DNA of 63,696 bases, filler included, from Chiloscyllium plagiosum (taxonomy: Eukaryota), in the NCBI RefSeq assembly GCF_004010195.1. It is 3 parts of one record of this genome, joined end to end, with 100 filler letters (N's around TTAATTAATTAA, not from the genome) between each part and the next. Parts side by side here need not be neighbours in the genome. Positions count along the whole stretch, not along the records: positions 1 to 31,253 come from NC_057710.1; 2 more parts are not named here. One strand, written 5' to 3'. Positions 1-12,773 of this stretch are shown here, in pieces. Below the pieces are notes generated by a model, which saw nothing but the letters and a program-made list of their open reading frames with translations, was not told the origin of the DNA and did no database searches. Within the stretch, counting starts at the first letter, position 1. Every line of letters starts with the position of its first letter. The position numbers were made by a program, and so were the translations under genes.

Positions 1-290
1 AACCCTGGAACCTGCCACAGCCAATCCTGTCCCTGTTCTACCCATGTCTCCGTAATAGCCACAACATCGAAGTCCCAGGTACCAACCCACGCTGCAAGTT
101 CACCTACCTTATTTCGTATACTTCTTGCATTGAAGTATACACACTTCAAGCCACTTTCCTGTTTACAGGCACCCTCCTTTGAAATTGATGCCATGTTCCT
201 AACCTCCCTACACTCCAGGTCCTGCACCCTAAAGCTACAGTCTGGGTTCCCATGCCCCTGCAGAGTTAGTTTAAACCCCCCCCCCCCCCC
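1..290 (-). mobile_element. CR1 (HER1-like) LINE, ORF1 end / ORF2 endonuclease start
   Basis: Minus strand reads VYFNARSIRNKVGELAAWVGTWDFDVVAITETW, an AP endonuclease N-terminus. Confidence 0.85.
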
Positions 291-2418
291 AATAAATTGT
301 TTTATCCTGAAAACAATTCCTTCTTTGCACCATCATCTATATAGGATATGCTTTTCCTTTAAGGAAGGCCAATTTGGGGCCCACCTAGAGCTGTAATCAT
401 TACTTTGCTCTCAGTTTCACTGAGCCTGCCCCCTGCTGGCAAAATTCTGAATTTGAAAATATTTCAACTTTCAAAACAAAAGGTACCTTTCAATTTTGTG
501 TTTTTTTTCAGATGTTATTAAAGCTCAGCTCTAAACCTTTCTGGGAGTAGTATTAACTTTCCCAAAGATTGGTGTGGAAAATGTATTTTAATTCATGAGC
601 CCCATACTGGAGAACACATTTTTAATCAGCATGTTTGGGATGTTAGTGCACAACTCCAGCGCAGGTGGGACCTATCCCAGGCCTCCTGGCTAAGAGGTAC
701 TGCATCACAGGAGTTCTTACATTGGGGCATATAACTATTCTGTTCAGATAGTCTTCACCAAAAGTTTGTTGAAACCGAAATCCAGGATATTGGATATCTT
801 CAGGGATAGAGGTGCCTTTAATATTAAATAAGGGGAGGGAGGATACAAGTGAGGTGAAATTGGAAAAGGTTAAAACGATCAGACAACACAGAAGTGCCGA
901 GTAATAATATGAACAGTTATACACAGAATGTGACGGGAAAGGACAGAATATACAAATAGAAGAATATACCCACAAATGGTATCAGAGTAGGGAAAAATAG
1001 CAAAAAGACAAAATTAAAGTTTCCTTTATCTGGATGCCTGCAGTTTTCATGACTAGGGAGAATGTTTGACAGCTCAGATACAGACAAACAGTTACACTCT
1101 GTCAGCCCTTACAGCTATGTGGTTGTAAGGTGACCAAGCATGTGAACAAAATACCCAGGGTTTTTGACATTTCAGAAGGTTAGGCAGAACAGAAAGTAGG
1201 TCCAGCAGTTCACATTATCACGTTTGGGTGAAGATGAGAAACAACAAAAGGAAGAAGTTAATAAGCCCCCTTTAGCAGTGGCAATGTGAGACTGTGGCGT
1301 ATAAATTAAGAAAAAATATGAGTTTGTAAGAAAGTTACTGCAATAATGGGTGTGGCAACTTTAACTTTATTATAGATTGAACAAGTCAAATTCATAAACC
1401 TAATCTCTGTATGGTTTACAGACTGTATTTGGGACAACATTTGAGAACAGAATGTTGTGGAACCAACGAGAGAAGTTTTCTTTTAGATCTGATCATGTAT
1501 AATGCAACAGTGCTAATTAATAAACCAGGAAGCGGGCGATGGGGGATGGTGGCACTGAGACAGGCTCAGGATTCATATCCCCTTTGAGGAGCACATTGTC
1601 GAAGTGACTGGGGACAACTACAATTCCGTGTGTGTCATGTGGTGACAGGAGAAAGCAAAGGGCCACCACCCCAGGGCTGTGCTGTTTTCAGGTCAGGACC
1701 AGTGCTCACACTTTGCTCTACATGAGCGTTTCTTGATTTTCACATTCTAATCCCCTCCCCTTTTATGTAGGCACTAAGGATACCCAGGCCATAATATAAA
1801 GGGCTCCTCAATAACACCAGCTCTGAGGGCAACGAGTGTGAACCCTCAGAAATGGCACCAATAAGACTTTCACCTACAGCCTCACCCAACTCACAGGCAC
1901 TCACCTTGGGAGCACTATTCTGGGTTTGACTAGAGGTCATTTCACAGGCATGTATCCACAGCTAGTGATGGAAGGAAAACTCAGGTCTGTGACACTCAGA
2001 GGATGGCTGAAGACCAGGTATCTGCTCAGCTCTACACAGACAGTAATACTAGGCCTATGTGCCATAGGCACTTTTGTTCTCACTCATGTGGTGGCTTCGG
2101 TCTGAATGCTTGTCTGCCTCATTGTTAGTCTGACAGCCATCTCAGGAATCAGTGCGGTAAATCTTCTTTCCATATCCTCCATTGCGAGAATATCCTTCTT
2201 CTGATAAGGAGGCCAAAACTGCACACAATACTCATGAGTGGTCTTACCAATGCCCTGGATAATTGCAGCAAGACTCCATGTTCCTGTACTCGCATCCTCT
2301 TAATATGAAGGCCAACGTACCTTTTCAGTGACTCATGTACAAAGACACCCAAGTCTTGGTTCACCTCCCCCTTTACCAATCTATCCCTATTCATATAATA
2401 ATCCACTACCTCACATTT

Positions 2419-4050
2419 AGAGTCATAGTGTCATAGAGATTTACAGCATGGAAACAGACCCTTCTGTCCAACCTGTCCATGCTGACCAGATATCCCAACC
2501 CAATCTAGTCCCACCTGCCAGCACCCGGACCATATCCCTCCAAACCCTTCCTATTCATATACCCATCCAAATGCCTCTTAAATGTTGTAATTGTACCAAC
2601 AATCCTCTGGCAGCTCGTAGACAGGCAGGAGGCTGGGGGAACAGAACAAGGCAGGCAGCATCAGGAGGGACAGGCAGGAGGCTGGAGGAACACAGCAAGG
2701 CAGGCAGCATCAGGAGGGACAGGCNNNNNNNNNNNNNNNNNNNNNNNNNNNNNNNNNNNNNNNNNNNNNNNNNNNNNNNNNNNNNNNNNNNNNNNNNNNN
2801 NNNNNNNNNNNNNNNNNNNNNNNNNNNNNNNNNNNNNNNNNNNNNNNNNNNNNNNNNNNNNNNNNNNNNNNNNNNNNNNNNNNNNNNNNNNNNNNNNNNN
2901 NNNNNNNNNNNNNNNNNNNNNNNNNNNNNNNNNNNNNNNNNNNNNNNNNNNNNNNNNNNNNNNNNNNNNNNNNNNNNNNNNNNNNNNNNNNNNNNNNNNN
3001 NNNNNNNNNNNNNNNNNNNNNNNNNNNNNNNNNNNNNNNNNNNNNNNNNNNNNNNNNNNNNNNNNNNNNNNNNNNNNNNNNNNNNNNNNNNNNNNNNNNN
3101 NNNNNNNNNNNNNNNNNNNNNNNNNNNNNNNNNNNNNNNNNNNNNNNNNNNNNNNNNNNNNNNNNNNNNNNNNNNNNNNNNNNNNNNNNNNNNNNNNNNN
3201 NNNNNNNNNNNNNNNNNNNNNNNNNNGATCCTTGTGGCACTCCACTGGTCACAGGCCTCCAGTCTGAAAAACAACCCTCCACCACCACCCTCTGTCTTCT
3301 ACCTTTGAGCCAGTTCTGTATCCAAATGGCTAGTTCTCCCTGTATTCCATGAGATCTAACCTTGCTAATCAGTCTCCCATGGGGAACCTTGTCGAACGCC
3401 TTACTGAAGTACACATAGATCACATCTACTGCTCTGCCCTCATCAATCTTCTTTGTTACTTCTTCAAAAAACTCAATCAAGTTTTTGAGACATGATTTCC
3501 CATACACAAAGCTATGTTGACTATCCCAAATAAGTCCTTGCCTTTTCAAATACATGTACATCGTGTCCCTCAGGATTCCCTCCAACAACTTGCCCACCAC
3601 CGAGGTCAGGCTCACCGGTCTATAGTTCCCTGGCCTTTCTTTACCCCCCTTCTTAAACAGTGGCACCATGTTTGCCAACCTCCAGTCTTCCGGCACCTCA
3701 CCTGTGACTATTGATGAAACAATTTCCTCAGCAAGAGGCCCACAAATCACTTCTCTGGCTTCCCACAGAGTTCTCGGGTACACCTGATCAAGTCCTGGGG
3801 ATTTATCCACCTTTAACTGTTTCAAGACATCCAGCACTTCCTCCTCTGTAATGTGGACATTTTGCAAGATGTCACCATCTATTTCCCTACAGTCTCCATC
3901 TTTCACATCCTTTTCCACAGTAAATACTGATGCAAAATATTCATTTAGTATCTCCCCCATTTTCTGCAGTTCCACACAAAGGCCGCCTTGCTGATCTTTG
4001 AGGGGTCCTATTCTCTCCCTAGTTACTACCCTTTTGTCCTTAATGTATTT
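2419..4050 (-). mobile_element. CR1/HER1 LINE: RT fragment and 3' end, with gap
   Basis: ORF 2710-4074 contains KSPGLDQVYPR, NYRPVSLTSVVGKLLE, FSKAFDKVPH and GVPQG; 3' tail (ctatgact)n near 2420. Confidence 0.92.
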
Positions 4051-4594
4051 ATCCACATATACTGCATCTGCCATTCACTCAATTTAGCCAACTCATACTG
4101 AATCATCTTTGCATCTTCCCCACAAGTCACCAATCCCACCCAGCTTTGACTCATCTACAAACGGTGAAATGACACATTGCTCCCTCACCTACATCATTAT
4201 TGTGTATGGTGAATAGCTCGGGTCCAATTACTGATCCCTGCAGTACCCTACCAGTCACTGCCTGTGACTTGGAAAGATATCATTTATCCTATACCTTTGT
4301 TTCTTGTCTGTCAACTAGTTCTCATTCAATTTCAGTACACCACCTCCCATCCAGTATGTTTTAATTTTATGCGCTAATCTCTTATGTTGGACCTTATCAA
4401 ACACCTTCTGAAAATTCAAGTAAACTGCATTTCCCTTATCCACTTATTGCATTCTCAAACAAATCCATGCAGACTCTTCAAACCTTCCAAGTGCTCTGCT
4501 AGTAGATGTTTTATGAATTCTAGATATTCCCCGATACCAGAGTCAAACAAACCTCTCTATAATTTGTTATTTTCTCTCCACCTCCCATCTTATG

Positions 4595-4950
4595 GGCAGC
4601 ACGATGGCTCAGCAATTAGCACTGCTGCCTCACAGTGCCAGGGACCCGGGTTCGATTCCAGCCTTGGGTGACTGACTGTGTGGAGTTTGCACATTCTCCC
4701 CGTGTCTGCGTGGGTTTCCTCCGGGTGCTCCGGTTCTCTCCCACAGTCCAAAGATGTGCAGGGTCAGGTGAATTGGCCATGTTAAATTGCCTATAGTGTT
4801 CAGGGATGTTTATGTTAGGTGCATTAGTCAGGGATAAACATAGGATAATAGGGTAGGGGAATGGGTCTGGCTGGGTTACTCTTTGGAGGATCAGAGTGGA
4901 CTTGTTGGGCCGAAGGGCCTGCTTCCATACTGTAGCAATTCTAATTCTTC
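4595..4950 (+). mobile_element. HE1-type tRNA-derived SINE
   Basis: tRNA head ggcagcacgatggctcag...gggttcgattcc, conserved core gtgtggagtttgcacattctcccc, CR1-like tail gggccgaagggcctg. Confidence 0.9.
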
Positions 4951-5539
4951 TAAATTACATCAGCTGCCCTCCAAACCATTGGACCAGTGCCAGGATCTAT
5001 ATAGAATGTCGGAAAGTAACCATTAGCATGCCTGTTACTGCTAGGGCTGCTTCCTTTGGTATTCTGAAGGTTATCAGGCTCTAGGGATTTACTTGCTTTT
5101 AACCCGACTAGTTTCCCCAATACTAGTACTAATTCCTCCCTCCCATTAGACCCTGGGCTCCCACCATATTTTTGGGATGTTACTTGCATCTTCATTTGTG
5201 ACAGCAACATGGGGAGTTCTTAGGATAAGTACTGACACCTCAACTGTTTTCAGTGCATCTTAATATCTTGGGTAAACGGACTGAATATATTACAACAAAT
5301 CTGCTGCCAATATCACAATAAGTGAGAAAGTAAAAGTGAGGGGGACACATTTTCCCCAGGTTGACCTGCTGCCTGGACTGAGGGCAAGAATGTTCAGCAC
5401 GCAGGAATGGGGGTGGGGTTTGATCCTGGTCTGGTTTGTACTGCTGCTGCCTGGTTACGAGGCCTCCACTCACTCAGTTCACCATCCAAGTGAATGGCTT
5501 TCCGATCAACCTTCTTTTTATTTAAAAAATATACTTTTG

Positions 5540-6180
5540 CAACGCTCAGTCGGGGTCAACTCCTTCAGCTGGACGATCAACAGGTTTCCGACCGCCCAGA
5601 GCCTCCAGGCACAGTTGATGTTCGTCTCGGTGTGTGTCCCGGGGAACAGGCCGTAGAGCAGGGAGTCCCGCGTCACGGCGCTGCTCGGGACGAACCTCGA
5701 CAGCCCTTCTCACCACCAGCCAAGCCATGTCTTGGTGCTTGTTGGAAAGTTCTGGCGATGAGGCATTTTGCCAAATGGCTTTGACAGTCTGCTCAGAGAA
5801 CTGCTCGACAGGATCTGCCCTCTCCTTTTCCCGAAGGGTCTCAAGGACACTGTGTGCTGACCACTTCCTGATGGACTTGTTGTCAAAGGTGTTTTTCTTC
5901 ATAAACTTCTCCACGAAGGACAGGTGATACGGAATGGTCCAACTACTCGGAGCGTTCCGGGGCAGCGAGGCCGGCCCATCCTTCGCAACACCGGGGACAG
6001 GTAGAACCTCAGTACATAGTGACACTTGGTGTTTGCGTACCGGGGATCCACGCACAGCTTGATGCAGCCACACACAAAGGTGGCCATCAGGGTGAGGGTG
6101 GCATTGGGTGTGTGTTTTCCCCCGTTGCCCAGATCTTTATACATCGAGTCCCTTCAGACCCGGTCCATCTTTGATCTCCA
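5540..6180 (-). mobile_element. Tx1-like L1-clade LINE ORF2 C-terminal fragment
   Basis: DPRYANTKCHYVLRFYLSP...WQNASSPELSNKHQDMAWLVVRRA, in the zf-RVT region; carries frameshifts and internal deletions. Confidence 0.8.
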
Positions 6181-6286
6181 TGGCTTACCTATCAACATTG
6201 CCATGCTGATCAGACAGTCAGTAGCTCAGCAGTGCCACTGACAGAGACAGCCTTTGCTGAGGGTGTAGGAAGGAAAAAGCATCTTC

Positions 6287-6423
6287 ATAACATTTAAGAG
6301 GCATTTGGATGGGTATATGAATAGGAAGGATTTGGAGGGATATGGGCCGGGTGCTGGCAGGTGGGACTAGATTGGGTTGGACCGAAGGGTCTGTTTCCAT
6401 GCTGTACATCTCTATGACTCTAT
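6287..6423 (+). mobile_element. CR1/HER1 3' end
   Basis: ggaccgaagggtctgtttccatgctgtacatctctatgactctatg tail. Confidence 0.85.
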
Positions 6424-6838
6424 GTTGAGGTGACTGTCAATTTAATTGACTGTCCTAAGGCCAGAGTTGAGAGTGTTTTGTTGGAAAAGCACAACAGGTC
6501 AGGTAGCAGCCGAGGAGCAGGAAAATTGACGTTTTGGCCTGGAGTCCTTCATCAGGAATGAGACCTCACTTTCTCCACTCTGTCCAAAAGCCAGGCAAGC
6601 CCTGGTGAGTTTTTACAAAGCAACAATAAAGCTGCAGTGGCAGCCTTGACCACAAGGAGGAGCTCCTCTATGGATCATCTGAACTATCCCTTGCAGAAGC
6701 AGCTGAGTGGCCTTCTGGGAAATGAAATGTCAGAAATTGTCCATTAGTCACCAATTGATTGGTTTATTTATCAATCTGATGCCCCTCCCAACATCTTCAG
6801 CTTCCGTTTTACAAGGCTTGGCATTTATGTAGCTGAGC

Positions 6839-6995
6839 TGAAAATGTGTTGCTGGAACAGTGCAGCAGGTCAGGCAGCATCCAGGGAACAGGAGAATCGA
6901 CGTTTCGGGCATAAGCCCTTCTTCAGGAATCTCNNNNNNCAACACATTTTCAGCTCTGATCTCCAGCATCTGCAGTCCTCACTTTCTCCTCGAAG
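6839..6995. mobile_element. Short Penelope-like fold-back element with 16-bp target duplication
   Basis: Flanked by atttatgtagctgagc at 6823-6838 and 6996-7011; has inverted arms and a hammerhead motif. Confidence 0.8.
6894..6930 (-). ncRNA. Minimal type-I hammerhead ribozyme motif
   Basis: attc CTGAAGA A GGGC-TTAT-GCCC GAAA CGTC gattc: core CUGANGA and GAAA, stem II, palindromic ACGT stem III, GUC site. Confidence 0.75.
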
Positions 6996-7479
6996 ATTTA
7001 TGTAGCTGAGCAGATATTGAAATATCCTTCCCTTGCTGATGGGGATTCTCCCCCGCTATTGTTGTTTCTTGTTCACCATGGGATAAGCTTATTATCAGTA
7101 CTGCAGTGCTGCTGAGGTCTGTGTGTCTGTCCTGCTCCAGAATGTACAGGAGTCATGTGAAAATGCATCCTCGGGTTGCCTGTCCTCCTCTATGGTCTCC
7201 CACCGCTGCTCTTCTGTCAGCATTAATGGGCCTGTGACAGACCAAAGCTACAAAGCGGAACTGACAACGGGACAAGGTTCAAACTGTACACTTTTCAGAT
7301 CTTCAACTACTGGCCCCAAAAGGCTGTGGGGGAGTGCGGCTGATGGCATCATGCCAATTTGTGTCTGCACTTGGCACTGGTATGTGGCCAGGGAGGATAT
7401 GGGGGAGCTTAGGCAGGCAGAGGGCAAGAGGGAGCTGGAGGCTGGAGATGAAAAACTGAGCTTGAAGCGGGGAGACCAT

Positions 7480-8830
7480 TCAGCCTGTCAAGCCTGCTAC
7501 CCCATTCTAGATCATGGCTGTTCATCTAAAGCGTAATTTTCCTGTGTTAGCCCTAAATCACATGGTGTCGTGACTAACTCGATATTTATCATTCTCTTCT
7601 ATGAACTTATGCAATGCCTGAGCTGCCACAGCCCTCTGGGCCAGACAATTCCACACACTCACCACCATCTGAGTGAAGAAGGAGCTCCTCATCTCAATCT
7701 GAAACACTTTTATTCTGAGACTGTGCCATTGGATCCCACTGTCTGGGGAAACATCCTTTCTATGTATACTCGTGTCGATCCCTTTAAGAATGCTGTTACT
7801 ATCCATGAGATCGCTTTTCTTTCTTCTGAATTCCAGAGAATGAATCCGGGTTTCCTTAATCACTTCTCACAGGAAAGTCCTATCTTGCCAAGAATCAGTC
7901 TGGTGAACTTCTGCTGCACTCTGTCCCTGGCTGCAGCCTTCGTTGGGAACACACCACACTCTGGTATTCAATACAGTTGAAACTAGACTTCTGTTTTCCT
8001 GTCGTCACATCCTTGTAATAAAAGCTCACATACTGCTTGCCTTTCGAATTGCTTGCTGCATCTGCATGCTAGCTTTCAGCAACTTCTGAAACCTTTGGAT
8101 ATCAATCTCTCATCATTTAAGAAGTGTATTGCCCTTTTGTTCCTCCTACTAAAATGGATATTCCTGCATTTATTCACATCCTATTCAGCTGCCGTGCTCT
8201 TGCCCTCTCACCAAGCCTGCCTTGATACCTCTTTACAGCTTCCTCACAATTCACATTCCCTCCAAGTTTTGTATCTTCAGCAAACTTAGACATATCAGAA
8301 TTGAGCCCCACACCAAATCATTGATAGAGATTGTAAATAGCAGGGCTCCAGGCACTCACCCTTACAATGCCTCACTGGTCCCAGCCTGCCAACTTGACAA
8401 GGACACATTGCATCTGCTCTCTGTTTTCTGACTGTAAACCAATCCTCAATCCATGCTGCTATATTACACCAATCACATACTTTTTAAAATTTTGTTTACC
8501 ATACACCTGTACATGAGTTTATCAAAACCTGTGTATCCAAATACACTGCATACAGTGGTTATCAACTCTGTTCACAACATTCTCAAAACACTCTCTCAGG
8601 TGAGTCAAACATGATTTCCCCTTCAAAAATCCATTTTTACTCTGTTTAATCAGACAATTATTTCCTAAATATCCAGTAAATACTTGTTTTACAATAGATT
8701 CTGGTATGTTTCCTGCTGGTGAAGACAGGTTATCAGGTCTGTTCCCTGTTTTCTCTCTCCCTCTTTTCATGGACAGTGAGGTCACACGTTTAACCTTCCA
8801 ATTTGAAGGCACCATTGCAGAATTAATAGA
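7480..8830 (-). mobile_element. Old degenerate CR1 LINE (RT to 3' end)
   Basis: Minus ORFs 8522-8815 (GFLKGKSCLTHL) and 7558-7863 (FFTQMVVSVWNCL). Confidence 0.75.
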
Positions 8831-9389
8831 ATTTTAAAAGATGTGAAGTCACCATAGTCCTGCCAGATCACAGGGCTGCTCTCTCATTAGAGAGAGACAA
8901 CCGATGGTGGGTTAACCTGAGGGTCATCGTGCCTTAGGTCAGGGGAGAGGTTGAGAAGGAGGGTCCTTCATGGTACCCACTGGGAGACGAGTATCAATGC
9001 ATCCACAGTTTCTGCAGCCATCTCCTTCAACACTCTAAGGTGAAGATCATCAGGTCCCAGGGATTTCCTAACTTACACTCCTACTAACTGAAATTTTAGT
9101 TCAGCACTCTATTGAGACACGTGGATCTTAATTATTTCAGAGAGACTTGTTGCATTTACCTTTTTACTGCCACTTCTCTATTTTCTATGATTAATTCTCC
9201 TGTCAGTGCCTGTATTGATCAATACTTAGCTTTAAAAAAATACACTTGTTTTTGCTAATGCTTCCCTTTTTATAGACCTGCAGAAAATTTTACAATTCAT
9301 TTTTATGTTTCCTGAAATGTTACATTAATTATTTTTAATCAATTTCTTGGTCCTCCTTTACTGAATCCTAAAATTTGCCCAATCTTCAG

Positions 9390-10000
9390 ACTGCAGGCTA
9401 AGATAAAAGGTAGGGAGGAGGGACTTGGGGGAGGGGGTGGGGAATGCGATAGGTGAAAGGAGGGTAAGGTGAGGGTGATAGGCCGGAGACGGGGTGGGGG
9501 CAGAGAGGTCAGGAAGAAGATTGCAGGTCAAGAAGGCGGTACTGAGTCCGGTGGTTGCGACTGAGACANNNNNNNNNNNNNNNNNNNNNNNNNNNNNNNN
9601 NNNNNNNNNNNNNNNNNNNNNNNNNNNNNNNNNNNNNNNNNNNNNNNNNNNNNNNNNNNNNNNNNNNNNNNNNNNNNNNNNNNNNNNNNNNNNNNNNNNN
9701 NNNNNNNNNNNNNNNNNNNNNNNNNNNNNNNNNNNNNNNNNNNNNNNNNNNNNNNNNNNNNNNNNNNNNNNNNNNNNNNNNNNNNNNNNNNNNNNNNNNN
9801 NNNNNNNNNNNCTGATAGGGGAGGGGAGGGAAATATATCCCTGGTGGTGGGGTCTGTTTGGAGGTGACGGAAATGACGACGGATGATACAATATATCTGG
9901 AGGTTGGTGGGGTGGTAGGTGAGGACCAGTGGGGTTCTGTCCTGGTGGCGATTGGAGGGGCGGGGCTCAAGGGCGGAGGAGCGGGAAGTGGAGGCCATCT
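9390..10000 (-). mobile_element. Penelope-like element fragment (RT-EN linker and pLTR), gapped
   Basis: RTPLVLTYHPTNLQIYCIIRRHFRHLQTDPTTRDIFPSPPLS; shares its pLTR sequence with 57128-57447 and 63364-63606. Confidence 0.8.
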
Positions 10001-12373
10001 AGATGAAGAACGATTGGTTGAGCAAAGGGCAGGGGCAGAGGTGGAGCAAGGACGAGACTGATACCTACACCCATATTTCTCCAGCCAGGGAAATGGGCAG
10101 GAGGAGAAGAGGTCAACATGATGAGGAGGTGGGGGAAGAATACTGATGGAGTCAAAAAAAGGTGATAAAAGCCAAGAAATAGTGGAGAAGGAAAGAAAAG
10201 ATTTTCTGGGAGTATCGTCATTGTTGCAGAGAAGAGACTTTTAGGAAACATTTCAGCTGGTATATTCACTTCAGGCAGAAGACAGCTTTCAAATGTAAAT
10301 CAGGAAACAATGCCAGTTATAGGATCCAGCATCATCTCTCCCACAAATCTCAGTTCACATCAAATAGCACTGAGCGTTGACATTAAATTTTAAATTGCCA
10401 TGTTAACCAGGATATTGTTTTGTTCTGGACTAAAAATAAAATCTGATTTACTCTTCTATTGTTAACCAATCTGGATTTCTCAAGCATCTACTTATTATCT
10501 TTTGGACGTTGCATTCCGAATCCTTATTGCCTCGCTGTTTTATTAATTGTTGTTCTCTTGCTGGTGTTACACTTCAGACTCAGAGCTGTTAGATTATTAA
10601 TGAGATCTCTGTTGTATTCACTGAATATCAAATATATGCATGTGCCTCTCAGTGCCATCCAATTTTTTGCTGTCAATTTTTTGATGTTTTGAAATCAACA
10701 TCCCACATATTTTCCCTGCCTCATTATATTTTTGCTCATCATCAGAACTAAAGATAGCAAAAAATAATAAAACACAGGGCTATGAAGTATGGTGCAGCAT
10801 TGAGAATGAGCAACTGTTATAGATCTTGAAAGGCTAAATGAGCATTTGCAGCAAAAAGATGGCATCCTAACAGAATGATTAATTTTGGCACTCTATTCTG
10901 AAATAATCGTAATACTAAGGTTATTTGACAGGAGCATAGTATATGATCTTATCCAGTAATGCAAAGTTTTAAGTAATTAGAATAATGGACTCAAACTGAT
11001 TTTAAAATTCATAATGTTTGTGAGGGGAAGTTACCTGACAGAAAATACCGAACGAACTGTGTTTTCCAGAAATTGCTGGAAAAGCTCAATAGGTCTGGCA
11101 GCATCTGTGGAGAGAAATCAGAATTAACTTTCTGGGCCCAGGGACCTTTCTTCAGAATTAATACCTGACTTATGCCTTCAAACCATCACGCTCCGCTTTA
11201 TTTCTGTGTCATTTCTCTGAGGAGAGTAAGTGTAATCCTGCAGAAAATGATCTTTTCTTGTATCCTGTTCCTCATTGGTCCAAATGCAACATCAAACAAC
11301 ATATTTCAAAGTGTCTCCTGACATAAAGTGTAATATCCTGCTCTCTGTAAAATAGTTACTCTTTCTGTGTTGCTTTGTGTGTCTTTGGTATGAGTAGGAA
11401 TTTATACATGGTCATATTTTCCTCTGTTATGCACTCTATAAAGCCAAATCTGTTTAAATAAAACAAAGGCCCATTAAGATCACTCAGGAACAATATTTTA
11501 TATCAACAACTTGTACAGTTAACTCATGGCTCTCCTCAGTGTGGGCAGAGTAAAATGTAATAGGGACTGAGAAATTCCAGTTTGTATGTTGGGGCCTCCT
11601 CTTGAATCCCAGCACTGAGGACCCACTCTGAAATCACAGCAGAGCTCAGGGCAGGAGGAGATGAGAACAAAGGGACAAAATACAGCTGAGGGTTGAGAGA
11701 CCAGAGCACCAGGTGAAATCAGGAACTAAAAGGTCATGCTGCTTGGAGAGAACAGGGGGTGGGAGAGCAGCTCTGAAGCGATTCAGTATTATTAATGCTG
11801 CAGGCTCTCTGAAATCAGTCATGTTAGTGTTCCCTTGTGCTTAGAGATTGATTTGGAGCTAGTCTTTGTAATCAGGACTTTTTATTGAACTATGTGTAAC
11901 GTACACATGTCATGACAGATCCAAAGGTGAAATTCCCAATTCATTGGGATCCCAAGTGAGGGAAGATGAATTGGCTTCCCTTCCTTATTCAACCCCTCCC
12001 TTTGTTGGTGGAAACAATGTGAACAGAAAATAAAGAATCCCTTCCCTGGGAGGTAACATGCCCTGTTCCACTGTATTTACTTTTAAAAGGAGCCAATTTA
12101 AACTGGCTTTCTAGAGTTAAAGAAAGTATGAATTTATTAGTTCCGAAAACAGGAAAGAAAAGGGTCTCACTGACATGACAATTAGAAAGAGAAGTGAGTA
12201 AAATGATACCAGTTATAAAGATTACTTCTCACCTAGCGGTTTGTCTGAACAGAGGAGATTGTGGAACTTTGCAGATGTTCAGTTGGTCCATCCAGTACCA
12301 TTCATTCTGGCAGGTGGACAGTGGATGTAGAAATGCTGGATACTGCAGATCAGCTGAAAGGAGATGTCCAGTA

Positions 12374-12773
12374 GAGAGAGAGAGTGTGTGTGTGTATGTG
12401 TCTGTGTCTGTGTGTGTGTGTGTGTGCACGTGGGTGTGGTGTGTGTCTGTGTGTGTGTGTGTGTGGGTATGTGCATGCATGTGTGTGTTTGTGTGTGCAT
12501 GTGCGTGTGTGAGGGTGTGTGTGTGTCTATATGTGTGTGTATGTATGTGTGTGTATGTGTGTGCCTGTGTGTATGCGCACACAGGTGTGTGCATGTGTGT
12601 TTGTGGGTGTGTGTGTGTGTACACACGTACGCATGTATGTGTGTATACACATGCTTGTGTGTGCATGTGTGTGTGCGCACATGTGTGTGTATGCATGTGC
12701 ACACACACATGCACGCACACACACGCAAGCACACACACACATGTATACGCACACAGGCGCACACACACACACA
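12374..12773. repeat. Degenerate (GT)n tract followed by (CA)n tract
   Basis: About 400 bp of alternating purine-pyrimidine sequence. Confidence 0.95.

Noticed and set aside
4595..4670. tRNA genes (here and at other SINE heads)
   Set aside because: They continue into SINE core and CR1-like tails and lack a complete cloverleaf.
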